The notes below the pieces were generated by a model, which made no database searches, was not told where the DNA came from, and saw only the letters and a list, made by a program, of their open reading frames with translations. Below are positions 1 through 9,941 of a stretch of DNA of 56,378 bases, one piece after another; the first letter of the stretch is position 1; every line of letters starts with the position of its first letter. Source of the stretch: a virus. Taxonomy: Duplodnaviria; Caudoviricetes. The stretch spans positions 1 to 56,378 of the IMG/VR virus record IMGVR_UViG_3300027816_000119; one strand, given 5' to 3'. A program made the translations under genes and the position numbers.

Positions 1-1
1 T

Positions 2-3000
2 ACCTACATTATTGATTGCCATATCACTCTTACCATCTTTAACTTCTAGATAATCAGGAATACCATTATTATCAGCATCAGCTGCAAAGTTATTTGCTTG
101 AGGTCCAACAAAATCTGGATTAGGCCCAACTACAGTACTACCACCATTATCATAGTATCCACCATATCCATAATCAGGCATGTAACCACCATAAGCCATA
201 TATGTAGGAACATATCCCCCATATGCCATTGGTAATTGATCTAAGTAATCTTCATTACCTTGAGGTACAACTGAAGAAGGCTGATTACCTCCTGTAGATC
301 CTGCTGGTGGACTAGAAAAATTAAAATCTTCTGCTGTAGGTATGTATTTTGGATCTGAAGTTGGATTTTCTACACCAGGTTTTGGAAAAGGCCCTTTAAA
401 ATTATTGTCAGAAATTCTTGGATTACCTCTTCTTTCATTTATAGCACCACTATCTAAAGGCATATCCCAGAGATCATTTTTCATAAAGTCTCTTCTCATC
501 TTTCTTTTACCAAAGAAACCTTTGCTTTCATATTCATTAGCAAGTTCACTTCTAGTACCTCCTTTAGTATCTCCAAACAAAGCAGGACCTTGTTTTTTAA
601 AGTCTTTCTTAGAAAAACCAGATACATCAAAAGCATCATTCAACCTATCTTTATCAGTATAAGTCTCATACATTTTTTCACCATCAATATCAGTACCTGT
701 ATATCTTTGACTATTTCTTTCATTATAAAATTGAGGAGTGTTAATAACCTCACCTTTGTTACCAATACCAACTATTTCTCCTTGATCATTAACATTAGTG
801 GCTAACATTTCATTTCTTCCAATCTTTCCAGTAGCATCTCTAGCTTGATCATCTTGTACATCTTCTTGAGATCCCTCAGTTGTTGATATATCTTGATTAT
901 TTATATTAGTTGTAGGTTGATTTTTATTTTCATCACCTGGTAAAGCATATGGATAACCTTTCCATCCTGGAATTGTATTATCTGTTTTGTTATCAGTATT
1001 AGAAGTAGTATTAGTCTTAGCATTAGGATCATTATTTGCAGCATTTCCAGCAGCATTCATTACTTCCCACTTAGTAATTCTTTTATCTTTATCAAATGGA
1101 TTAAACCACTTACCTTCTTTGTATTTAGTTTTAACAAGAGTCTTGGTAGGATCTTTCATCATTTGAGCAATCATAGCCTGATCAATTTGACCATCCGGAC
1201 TTGTATAATAATCAAAGTCTCTACTAAAACCAAACATGTTACCAATCATAGAACCAAAGTTTTGTTTAGCTGGACCAAAACCAATTACAGGATTTCCGTC
1301 ACTGTTGGTATAATTAAAAGTACCTTTGTTCTTTAAATCCTGTCCAGTAGGCAAACCTTGACTTCTTAAATATTCTTCAAAACCTTTTTTAGCATTAGGG
1401 TCTGATTGAAATAACTTACTAAAGTAATCTTGATTATAAGGATTAGTTGAAGTATTTGAGTTAGTAGTATTATTTGTAGTAGTAGTGTTAGTAGTACTAG
1501 TATTAGTAGTAGATGCATTTGGATTTTTTTCAGCTTCTTGTTCTGCTTTCCATTCTGCCCAACTTTGAGGTGCTGCTGTACTATAAGCTCCAGTATAAGT
1601 TGAATTTGGACTATTCTTAACTTGTTTACCAGCCAACTCACTATGTCTATCAATATAGTCTTGATAATTCATACCGCGTGCATCTCTATAGTTAGGATCA
1701 ATTTGCTCACCACCAGGATTAAATTGTCTAAGAGATCCACCATAAGCATACTCATCACCACCATAAATAAACTTTTGTAAGTTACCATACTGATCTGGTT
1801 GTAAATTATTTATTGAACCACCAAAAGCTTTTTGATAATCTTCAAAATCTAAAGCTGGTGTTGCACCAAAAATATCATATGGATTTTGAGCACCTGCTTT
1901 GCCAGATACATTTAACCAATCAGCATACTTAGGACTATCTCCACTAAAGTCATAATCATATAGATCAACAGTATTAGTAGTACCGTATGCTTTTTGATTT
2001 TCTTTTTGAAACTTAAGCCATTTATCTATGTATTCATCTAAATTTTTCATTCTTGGTAAATCTTGTTTTGGAATTCTTGATTTAATTGCCTCTATAGCTT
2101 CTTTCTTTGTTACTTTTGATAAGTCAAGTTTTGTTTCATTAAATTTTTCAGCATCAGTAAACCAATCAGACTTATTAGCTGCTCCATAAGCAGTAAGTGC
2201 TTCAGGTAAGTCATTAAATATATTTCTATCCCAACTTTGATCATCAGATAAAGTATAACAACTTTGTCCAGGATAACAAAACTCTTCTGTTTGTGATCCT
2301 GTTTGCTTTGATGTTAATGAATAAGGTGAACTATTAACTGTTGTTGAACTTGATGAAGCTGGTGAATTATTCCCTTCAGTATTCATCATGTATGAATTAT
2401 CTTGAGGATACATTAAACTTTCATCTAGATTTTCAGATGAGAACCTATCAGAATTTAAAAAGTCCATATCTTCATTTCTAGGAACTGGAGTATTAAATGG
2501 ACTTATAGGTTTATTTGTAATTGGCGAATATGGTGTAGGTATAACTTCATTTGAGATAGCTCTATCTTCACTTTCTGATGAAAAATTATTATAGTTTAAT
2601 AATTGTTCATCTGTAAGATTTGGTTGAGATGCTCTTGTTGACATTGTTGTACCAGGTGATCTTTTTACCCAGTGGTCATATTCACTTAATCCATCAGCAT
2701 CTTTTGCAATAAACTGATTAATACTGATAGGAGCTGCTTTACCTCTACCAGAAGCAGCTGGTCCTAAAGATGTCCACCAATCAATATAGTCTTGATATTT
2801 TTTTGTTTGATCAGCTGATACAGGATTATTATTAATTTTAACTTCATTATTTTTAGTTGGATCTGCTGCATTATTAACACTCTCAGTAAACCATTTTAAT
2901 TTAGTTATAGGAGCTGATCTAACAGTTCTAGTTGTTGAATAAGATTGATTAAAATTAAAACCTGGAGCATCTGATGTCCACCAATTCCATAACCCTCTAC

Positions 3001-4240
3001 CTTTTGGCATACTATCACTTACCTGTGACATATAATCTTTTAGTAAGTTAGGATTTGCTTTTAGCATCTCAGACATTTTAGACATGTCATAAGTAGCTTT
3101 TGCTTTTCTTACACCACCAAATGGTCCAAATTCATAATCAGTATCTACAAATGGAGGAGCTATAGGTACACCAAACATACCTCTATTAGCTCTTCTTATT
3201 CTTCTACTAGTTCCTCCAAAAGACATTTGTTGACCATTAAAATCAGTATTAAGCCCTGTAGTACTCATGTCTGGCATTTCATGTGAAAGAGCTTCTCCAT
3301 AGTTATGTAAGTTAGTAGCCCAATCATTTGCGCCACCATTCTCAAATTGTTGATTATACATGCTTTCTGCTTCTTGTTTATATCTTTGTTCATCTGCAAA
3401 ATTTTGAGCTGTACCCTTTATTGCAGACACTAAAGATTTATTAGGAGTAAGATTTATTCCTAAAGGATTATCTAATGTTCCATATGGATTTGGTTGTTTC
3501 TTTATAGATGGGTCTTTTTGCATACCCATTTCTGCTTTTCTAAGTTGTTTAACTGTTGAGTTAATAAACTTCTTTTTATTTGGAATACCACCTTTACGCA
3601 TTGTATTTAAATCCATCTGCATACCAGGCCATTGTATGTTATATCTATCATCTTGCATTTCCATACCATATTGTGCTGTTGCTAATTTTAAAGCATCTTC
3701 AGAAACTTGATTAGGATCATCCATGAGTATTTCATCATCTTCATCAAAGTCTTCTTGAAGATCTTGATCAGACTCATCATTCTCATCTTCTTCAGTTTCA
3801 TAACTTTCATCAATATCTCTAACAGCATCTTCTGATAAAGCTTTACTTTTTTTATTACGTTCTTCAGTTAACCTATCTTCTTCTTCTCTTTTTCTTTCTC
3901 TTCTTTCATCTTCAGTTTCAATAAGTTCAGAATCCATCATAGATTGTTTCTTCTTACTTCTTCTTCTTTTTGAAGAATAGTAATCATCTTCTATTTCATC
4001 CATTACTGAATCAACAAGTTTTTTAGAATAGTCATATGTATAACCTGCATTTTGTAATTGCTGTATAACTATTCTATCAGAAAGATTGTTTTTATCAATA
4101 AGATCTGCAATTTGTGATTTTAATTCTCTTTCTGAATCAACTTGCATACCTGGAGCTGCTGTAGGTAGTGATGTAAATTTATCTAATCTACTAATAAATT
4201 TACCTGTTGTACCTCCAGACTTATATATTCTAACTTTCAT
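2..4240 (-). CDS. Giant low-complexity putative virion cargo/ejection polyprotein, 3' end beyond window (>1400 aa; absent from ORF track)
   Basis: ATG at 4240 (MKVRIYKSGGTTGKFISRLDKF...). Same frame is open in the segments translated by hand and at the window edge (...FAADADNNGIPDYLEVKDGKSDMAINNVG). Acidic tract, N/T-rich tracts and many xxGG motifs. Not every codon checked. Confidence 0.8.
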   Translation of the reverse strand, partial: MKVRIYKSGGTTGKFISRLDKFTSLPTAAPGMQVDSERELKSQIADLIDKNNLSDRIVIQQLQNAGYTYDYSKKLVDSVMDEIEDDYYSSKRRRSKKKQSMMDSELIETEDERRERKREEEDRLTEERNKKSKALSEDAVRDIDESYETEEDENDESDQDLQEDFDEDDEILMDDPNQVSEDALKLATAQYGMEMQDDRYNIQWPGMQMDLNTMRKGGIPNKKKFINSTVKQLRKAEMGMQKDPSIKKQPNPYGTLDNPLGINLTPNKSLVSAIKGTAQNFADEQRYKQEAESMYNQQFENGGANDWATNLHNYGEALSHEMPDMSTTGLNTDFNGQQMSFGGTSRRIRRANRGMFGVPIAPPFVDTDYEFGPFGGVRKAKATYDMSKMSEMLKANPNLLKDYMSQVSDSMPKGRGLWNWWTSDAPGFNFNQSYSTTRTVRSAPITKLKWFTESVNNAADPTKNNEVKINNNPVSADQTKKYQDYIDWWTSLGPAASGRGKAAPISINQFIAKDADGLSEYDHWVKRSPGTTMSTRASQPNLTDEQLLNYNNFSSESEDRAISNEVIPTPYSPITNKPISPFNTPVPRNEDMDFLNSDRFSSENLDESLMYPQDNSYMMNTEGNNSPASSSSTTVNSSPYSLTSKQTGSQTEEFCYPGQSCYTLSDDQSWDRNIFNDLPEALTAYGAANKSDWFTDAEKFNETKLDLSKVTKKEAIEAIKSRIPKQDLPRMKNLDEYIDKWLKFQKENQKAYGTTNTVDLYDYDFSGDSPKYADWLNVSGKAGAQNPYDIFGATPALDFEDYQKAFGGSINNLQPDQYGNLQKFIYGGDEYAYGGSLRQFNPGGEQIDPNYRDARGMNYQDYIDRHSELAGKQVKNSPNSTYTGAYSTAAPQSWAEWKAEQEAEKNPNASTTNTSTTNTTTTNNTTNSNTSTNPYNQDYFSKLFQSDPNAKKGFEEYLRSQGLPTGQDLKNKGTFNYTNSDGNPVIGFGPAKQNFGSMIGNMFGFSRDFDYYTSPDGQIDQAMIAQMMKDPTKTLVKTKYKEGKWFNPFDKDKRITKWEVMNAAGNAANNDPNAKTNTTSNTDNKTDNTIPGWKGYPYALPGDENKNQPTTNINNQDISTTEGSQEDVQDDQARDATGKIGRNEMLATNVNDQGEIVGIGNKGEVINTPQFYNERNSQRYTGTDIDGEKMYETYTDKDRLNDAFDVSGFSKKDFKKQGPALFGDTKGGTRSELANEYESKGFFGKRKMRRDFMKNDLWDMPLDSGAINERRGNPRISDNNFKGPFPKPGVENPTSDPKYIPTAEDFNFSSPPAGSTGGNQPSSVVPQGNEDYLDQLPMAYGGYVPTYMAYGGYMPDYGYGGYYDNGGSTVVGPNPDFVGPQANNFAADADNNGIPDYLEVKDGKSDMAINNVG

Positions 4241-4305
4241 GAGTGGCTATTATATATTAAATATACTAATTTTTAAATTAATCATTAAACTTTATAAGTT
4301 TAGAT

Positions 4306-7300
4306 TTAGTTATTAAATGGGTTTCTAACATCATCTCCTGTTAAAGCATATGGTTTTCTATTTTTATCCAGTTTCCATGATGCGGCATTATGATCATAAG
4401 CTGCATTGTTTATATTACCTATTTTTGACCAACTAGTCTCACCTGCAGGTTTGTACCATATCATATTGTTATATACATAAGTTACATTCTTATTCTTTAA
4501 TTTTTTTGCAATGTTATAAAAATGTTCTTTTGTTTGTGCTACAGTCATTAACAAGTCAATACTATTAGCTGCCCTTAAATATACATCCTTTGTATTTGTT
4601 AGATTTTTAGATTTTAAAATATTATCTATAGGAGTGTTAAATGTCATAGGTACTTCAGCATAATCTATGTTATAAGCTTTTTTATTCTTAGCATGTTCTT
4701 TAAATGATTTTACTTGATCTGGAATATCAGTAGCAATCACTTTAATTTTCTTTTGTTTTATTTTTGGGTTTTGTGTTAACTCCCATACAGATACACCAGC
4801 AAGTTTTGGATCAGAATTTCCTAATGCAGATCCTATATCAATAATAACAGAGTTAGGTTTAGCCATATCAGCAAAGAATTTTTCTGAGTCAACATTTCTT
4901 TGAACATCCGTTCTATTAGCAATGTCTCTACCCCTACTCATAAATTTACTATAGCGTTCATAATCTTTTTGTTGTCTACCTAGCCATTCTTGATCAACTA
5001 ATTGTGAACTAATACTATTGTCAAAAACAGGAGGTTTTTCTTCAACAGTTTCTTTTGAAGATATATCTTTAGTTAATTTACTCATTGCATCCCAAAGAGA
5101 TAGTTCAGGATCTGGTTTTAAATCAAGAGATGTATTTTCAATACCTTGACCTCTTTGACCATATTCTGCAAATTGAGCAGCACTATTATTACCTAATGGT
5201 TGTTGAGAAGGTTGTCTTGTTAATGATGGTGGAGCACCTGCCATATTTGATTGTGTTAATTGAGCTCTTAGAGCTTCCATATCATATGGCTCTATAACTT
5301 GTTTTTGTTGTACTTCAGGTTTTGCAAACTTTTTAAGTTGATCCATTTTATTTGGAAATAACTTATTCATATCAATTGTAGGTGCCGAAGGTGTTTGTTT
5401 CGCACTATATGGAGAATAACTAACATCTGCTTCTTTTAAAAAGTCTACTACACCTAAGTTATTTAGATTATTAACTTTAGTTTTTGCTTCTTGTTCTGAA
5501 ATTTTTGACATCCTATTAATCCAAGAGTCATAAGCAGTAGACACAGCATCTCCTACTTTATCAATATAAGGAGATGCAAACTTAGATAATGCATCAAATT
5601 GTTCCATTATTGTAGTTCCTTTCTTAGGTTTAGGACCTGGTTTTTTAGGAGCACTTACATTCTTTTTATTAGCAAATAATTCTGGATACTTAAATATTAA
5701 TCCTTCTCTAGTACCTACTTTTTGTTTTACTAAGTCATCTAAGCTATTACCTTGTTTTACTAAAGCAAATACCATTTGATCATATGGAGTAACTGTAGGA
5801 GTAGATTTTGTATCTACTATTTTAGGTTCTCCAAATTCACCAGCCTGAAGTCTTTTAACAAGAGCTAAGTTTTGTTCCATAGTTCCATCAGTAAGACCTT
5901 TAGCTTTTGCTTCAGACCAAGGGGTTCCTGTATATTGATACCATATATCAGATGGTGTACCACCATTAGCCATCATAGGAACAGATACTTCTTCAACATT
6001 ATATCCGTTATTTAAATAGTGTTGAATTTTATCTTCTGGAATATCTAATTCTATATAATCATTTGTAGCTCCACCTTGTTTATAAGGATTATGAACATCA
6101 AAAATAAATCTTGGTGACTCACTTCCAAAACCTTTTGTATTAACTCCAGATACTTTGTAACCTAACTTAGATGGTAATAATAATTCTTGTTCATCAACAT
6201 ATTGTGATCCTGTATACATATTAGGCCTAAAAGCACTTTGTCCTTCAGGAACATTTATAATAGCTACTTTAGATGTAGGATCACCACTTCCCCAAACATT
6301 GCCTGTCATATCAGTAGTTGTACTCCAATTATGTTCTGGATATATTACATCTCCTTCAAGTAAATCATCATAATTTAACATAAGTTCCTGATCACCTCTC
6401 ATTGTTTTAACAGGTCTATTAAAACTAGATGTTCTTCTAACTTGAGCCGGTGCTTTAAGTTTATTAGCCCCTATGACTGGTTCAATTTGATTAGATAAAT
6501 ATTCTGCAAACTGTTTATTACCACCATAACCAGGATTCTTATTAAAGTAACCAGAGTATTCTAACTGATAAGTATCACCTAAAAACTTTTGTTGATTAGT
6601 TAAATCATTTTCTAAACCAGTTGATTTAGCAAATTCATCATCAACTAAAAATCCTTCATTAGACTTTAATTTTCCTACATCATCATGTGCACCAAATACT
6701 AATATTTCATCATCCTTTCCTTTACCAAATTGTTTTTCAAACTTTGGTTTATATTCTTTCAATAATGCATTTGCTTCATTTTTAGCTTGCATAAAAGATT
6801 CTTCAGTTGGAAATAATTCTGGATAAGCTTCATTAGCAGCCTTAAAATTTTTATAACCTTTAGCATGTCTTAACTCTTCAATATTTCTATACTTACTAAG
6901 TATACTACCTTGCGGCTTACCTTTGGTCAATGTTTTAAATCCTTTACCTACATCACTAACTAAATCACCAGCTTTAGCAAAAGTTCCTGCAGTTCTTAGT
7001 CCGCTTAAACCAGGTGCTATTAAACCAGCAACACCAATTGCATCCATTGTTTCATCAAAACCCTCCCCATAGTTAGAACCCGTAAGAGGATTAACACCCA
7101 TGTCAAATTTTCCAGTATTAGCATAGTTATATACACCTTGTCCTAAACCAAGAGGTAGTGTAGTTATATCTCCCATACTTTGACCAACACCTTTTAATGT
7201 GCCTAACGGATCTTCATATACTCTATGTGCTGATGCTATACCAGAAAGTTCAGCAGCAGCATCTCTTACTAAATTAAAGTTTTCAGTTTTTCTAGCGTTA

Positions 7301-9939
7301 GCCTCATCTACTGCATCTTGAAATTGTCCTTTGTAACCTTCCTTCATTAGATTAGAATCAAATTTATCCCAACCTTTTTTCTCATATTCCATTCTAAATT
7401 TAGTACTGGCACTTGGATCTTTACTGTTTTGTGCTTTTTCTCTAGCTTTTTCATACTCAGCTCTATCAGCTGCTTCTTGTTTTCTTTTTTTCTCAGCATC
7501 TTTAAGCTCTGTATTAAAATCACCTTTAAGTCTTTTAACTTCTGATTTAAACTTTTTAATACCTTCTCTATTATAAACAGCGGGTTCTATGTCTCCTTGA
7601 ACACCTGCAATATAACCAACACCCTTACCCAACTCTTCAGCTTCTTTAGTAAGTTTACCAATGTCTTTTCTAAAGAAATCTTGTACTTTTCTTTTAAAAC
7701 CTTTTTTACCAGCCTTAACATCAACGTCACCAAAATCTTTGTAAATTAATCCAGTTGTTGGATCAACATTACTACTACCACTATATCTTTGTGCTGGTGC
7801 AATCCATTGACTCTTAGGAGATCCCCCATTATTAAATCTATTTAAATTAGATGGATAAAAATTATCAAGTTGTTCTACAATATATCCACCATTTATATAT
7901 TTATAAATTTCACTTTCTGGTATGTCTAATTCTATATAATCATTTATTACACCACCTCTTCTATGTATATCTAATGGTACATTACGATCATGATCTCTTA
8001 ATAATTGAGGAATAGATACCTTTTGGTTTTTATCCAGCATCCTAATACCTTGATTACTTACTATATTATAATTTGATCTTATTTCGTGTGGTAGTCTATT
8101 AGACATATAGTGTCCTGAAGTATTTAAATCATATATATTAAATTTACCTGTTCGTGGATTAAATAGAATATTATCTGTATTTTGAAAATCTACATATAAA
8201 CCACTATCTTGTAAATCTTTAATATCTTGAACTAGTTGTTCATAACTACCTCTTCCAACACCCTGCGTAGTATATTGTCCTTTATTACTAATGTCTAATG
8301 TATTACCTGCTTCTTCTTTAAGTATGTTATACCTTGTACCTGTATCATCAACTTTATTCATTACAGTAGCATATTGTTCAGGGTTCTCCCAACTGACATT
8401 ACCCGTTGATAACTTTTGATATCTGATTGGAATTGCAATATTACTTCTATCTCTAAGAGATTTACCTTTTTCAATTAATTCATCTAAGTTTTCATCTCCC
8501 GGAATTCTACCTATTTTTACAACTTTATTAGATCCTGGTATGCTAAATACTTTGCCAAAACTTCCTGAACCTAATTCTTCTTCAAAAGGTGAATACTTTT
8601 TAATTCTATAAGCATCTATTTTTGCATCAACTGTATTCAAATCCATTATAAACTTATCTGCTTTTAAGGAGTGCTCTTTTTGTAATTGTTGTCCAAGTTC
8701 ATAATCTCCTTTAGCTTCAGCTTCTTTTATTTTTTTATTAATCTCTATTGTCTCTTTATTTCTGTTTTTGACTATAAGTTCTTTTTCTTTTCTAAATTGC
8801 CTTGGTATTTTTGTTTTATTTGAATATATTTTCTGAAACTCAGTTAACTGATCTAAGTCAGCAACTTCTGGATCCCATACTTCTTGATATCCTTTTTTCC
8901 AATGAGGAACTTCTCCTGGATTATGAAACTTACTATTATTTCCTAGTACCTTATAAGTATGTTTTAAAGGTGTTTTTGTAGTAAGAAATTTACCAGCATC
9001 AATAGCTAAGTCTGTATTTTTAGTAAACTTTGCTAGTTTACCAGCTGCACCAATTCCTGGTATTACACCAAGAGCATCAAATGTTTCACTTGCACCTTCA
9101 CCATAATTTGCACCAGTAAGTGGATTGATACCCATATCAAAATCACCTTTAGTTGCATAGTTATAAATACCTTCTCCTAAACCTACAGGTAAAGTAGCTA
9201 CATCACCAACAGTTTGTGCAACACCTTTAGCTGTACCAAGAGGATCTGTTAATACTCTATAACCAGCACCTCCACCTAAAAATTCTAACGCAGTATTAGT
9301 AACACCCATGTTAGCTTCTTTTCTAGCATTGGCTTCATCTACTGCATCTTGGAATTGACCTTCATATCCTTCTTTCATTGTAGCAGGATCATAGTTAGCC
9401 CAACCTTTTTCATTATACTGTTGAGCAAACTTATCAGTAGACATCTTTCCAGACTCTTTTTTCTTTAAAGCTTTTTCATATTCTTTTCTATTTCTTTCTT
9501 CAGCTTCATAACCTTTTTCAGCATTCTTGACATCTTTTGTAAACTTATCAAGACCTGCTTTAGTAAAGTTAACAGGTTCAAGGGCTTCACCCGGCATACC
9601 AAAATAAGCACCAGCATTCTTTCCTAAATTTCTTGCTACATCAGCTCTAGTCTTACCGCCTCTTAAAATATAGTCAGAAAACTTTTTACCTTTCTTAGCT
9701 GATGCTTGAACTTGAGGAAGATTTTTAGTACCACTACTATCATAACCACCATACATTCCTGTATAAGAATCTGCAGCTTGCACATTACCTGTGCCCCAAT
9801 TATATTGTACGCATTTTCCAGAAGCATCTCTTATCTGTCCTCTAGGACATGGAGCACCACCTGGAGCAAACTTATTTAATACACCACCTGTTCTATATGT
9901 AGGAGCCTGAGGTAAGCCTACTATTCTAAACTTTTTCAT
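4306..9939 (-). CDS. Multidomain effector polyprotein: carrier module + kinase-like, carrier module + ADP-ribosyltransferase, C-terminal SAM methyltransferase
   Basis: GSGSFGKV/VVKI/DFQNTDNIL/IYDL kinase motifs; R..STT..EQE ART motifs; IIDIGSALG/IATDI/RAANSI MTase motifs; internal ~250-aa duplication; lies downstream of muzzle gene. Confidence 0.75.
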   Translation of the reverse strand: MKKFRIVGLPQAPTYRTGGVLNKFAPGGAPCPRGQIRDASGKCVQYNWGTGNVQAADSYTGMYGGYDSSGTKNLPQVQASAKKGKKFSDYILRGGKTRADVARNLGKNAGAYFGMPGEALEPVNFTKAGLDKFTKDVKNAEKGYEAEERNRKEYEKALKKKESGKMSTDKFAQQYNEKGWANYDPATMKEGYEGQFQDAVDEANARKEANMGVTNTALEFLGGGAGYRVLTDPLGTAKGVAQTVGDVATLPVGLGEGIYNYATKGDFDMGINPLTGANYGEGASETFDALGVIPGIGAAGKLAKFTKNTDLAIDAGKFLTTKTPLKHTYKVLGNNSKFHNPGEVPHWKKGYQEVWDPEVADLDQLTEFQKIYSNKTKIPRQFRKEKELIVKNRNKETIEINKKIKEAEAKGDYELGQQLQKEHSLKADKFIMDLNTVDAKIDAYRIKKYSPFEEELGSGSFGKVFSIPGSNKVVKIGRIPGDENLDELIEKGKSLRDRSNIAIPIRYQKLSTGNVSWENPEQYATVMNKVDDTGTRYNILKEEAGNTLDISNKGQYTTQGVGRGSYEQLVQDIKDLQDSGLYVDFQNTDNILFNPRTGKFNIYDLNTSGHYMSNRLPHEIRSNYNIVSNQGIRMLDKNQKVSIPQLLRDHDRNVPLDIHRRGGVINDYIELDIPESEIYKYINGGYIVEQLDNFYPSNLNRFNNGGSPKSQWIAPAQRYSGSSNVDPTTGLIYKDFGDVDVKAGKKGFKRKVQDFFRKDIGKLTKEAEELGKGVGYIAGVQGDIEPAVYNREGIKKFKSEVKRLKGDFNTELKDAEKKRKQEAADRAEYEKAREKAQNSKDPSASTKFRMEYEKKGWDKFDSNLMKEGYKGQFQDAVDEANARKTENFNLVRDAAAELSGIASAHRVYEDPLGTLKGVGQSMGDITTLPLGLGQGVYNYANTGKFDMGVNPLTGSNYGEGFDETMDAIGVAGLIAPGLSGLRTAGTFAKAGDLVSDVGKGFKTLTKGKPQGSILSKYRNIEELRHAKGYKNFKAANEAYPELFPTEESFMQAKNEANALLKEYKPKFEKQFGKGKDDEILVFGAHDDVGKLKSNEGFLVDDEFAKSTGLENDLTNQQKFLGDTYQLEYSGYFNKNPGYGGNKQFAEYLSNQIEPVIGANKLKAPAQVRRTSSFNRPVKTMRGDQELMLNYDDLLEGDVIYPEHNWSTTTDMTGNVWGSGDPTSKVAIINVPEGQSAFRPNMYTGSQYVDEQELLLPSKLGYKVSGVNTKGFGSESPRFIFDVHNPYKQGGATNDYIELDIPEDKIQHYLNNGYNVEEVSVPMMANGGTPSDIWYQYTGTPWSEAKAKGLTDGTMEQNLALVKRLQAGEFGEPKIVDTKSTPTVTPYDQMVFALVKQGNSLDDLVKQKVGTREGLIFKYPELFANKKNVSAPKKPGPKPKKGTTIMEQFDALSKFASPYIDKVGDAVSTAYDSWINRMSKISEQEAKTKVNNLNNLGVVDFLKEADVSYSPYSAKQTPSAPTIDMNKLFPNKMDQLKKFAKPEVQQKQVIEPYDMEALRAQLTQSNMAGAPPSLTRQPSQQPLGNNSAAQFAEYGQRGQGIENTSLDLKPDPELSLWDAMSKLTKDISSKETVEEKPPVFDNSISSQLVDQEWLGRQQKDYERYSKFMSRGRDIANRTDVQRNVDSEKFFADMAKPNSVIIDIGSALGNSDPKLAGVSVWELTQNPKIKQKKIKVIATDIPDQVKSFKEHAKNKKAYNIDYAEVPMTFNTPIDNILKSKNLTNTKDVYLRAANSIDLLMTVAQTKEHFYNIAKKLKNKNVTYVYNNMIWYKPAGETSWSKIGNINNAAYDHNAASWKLDKNRKPYALTGDDVRNPFNN

Positions 9940-9941
9940 AT

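Noticed and set aside
342-4316. Short ORFs 342-662, 590-805, 4086-4316 (+) and 1366-1653 (-)
   Set aside because: Antisense or off-frame shadows of the long minus-strand ORF 2-4240
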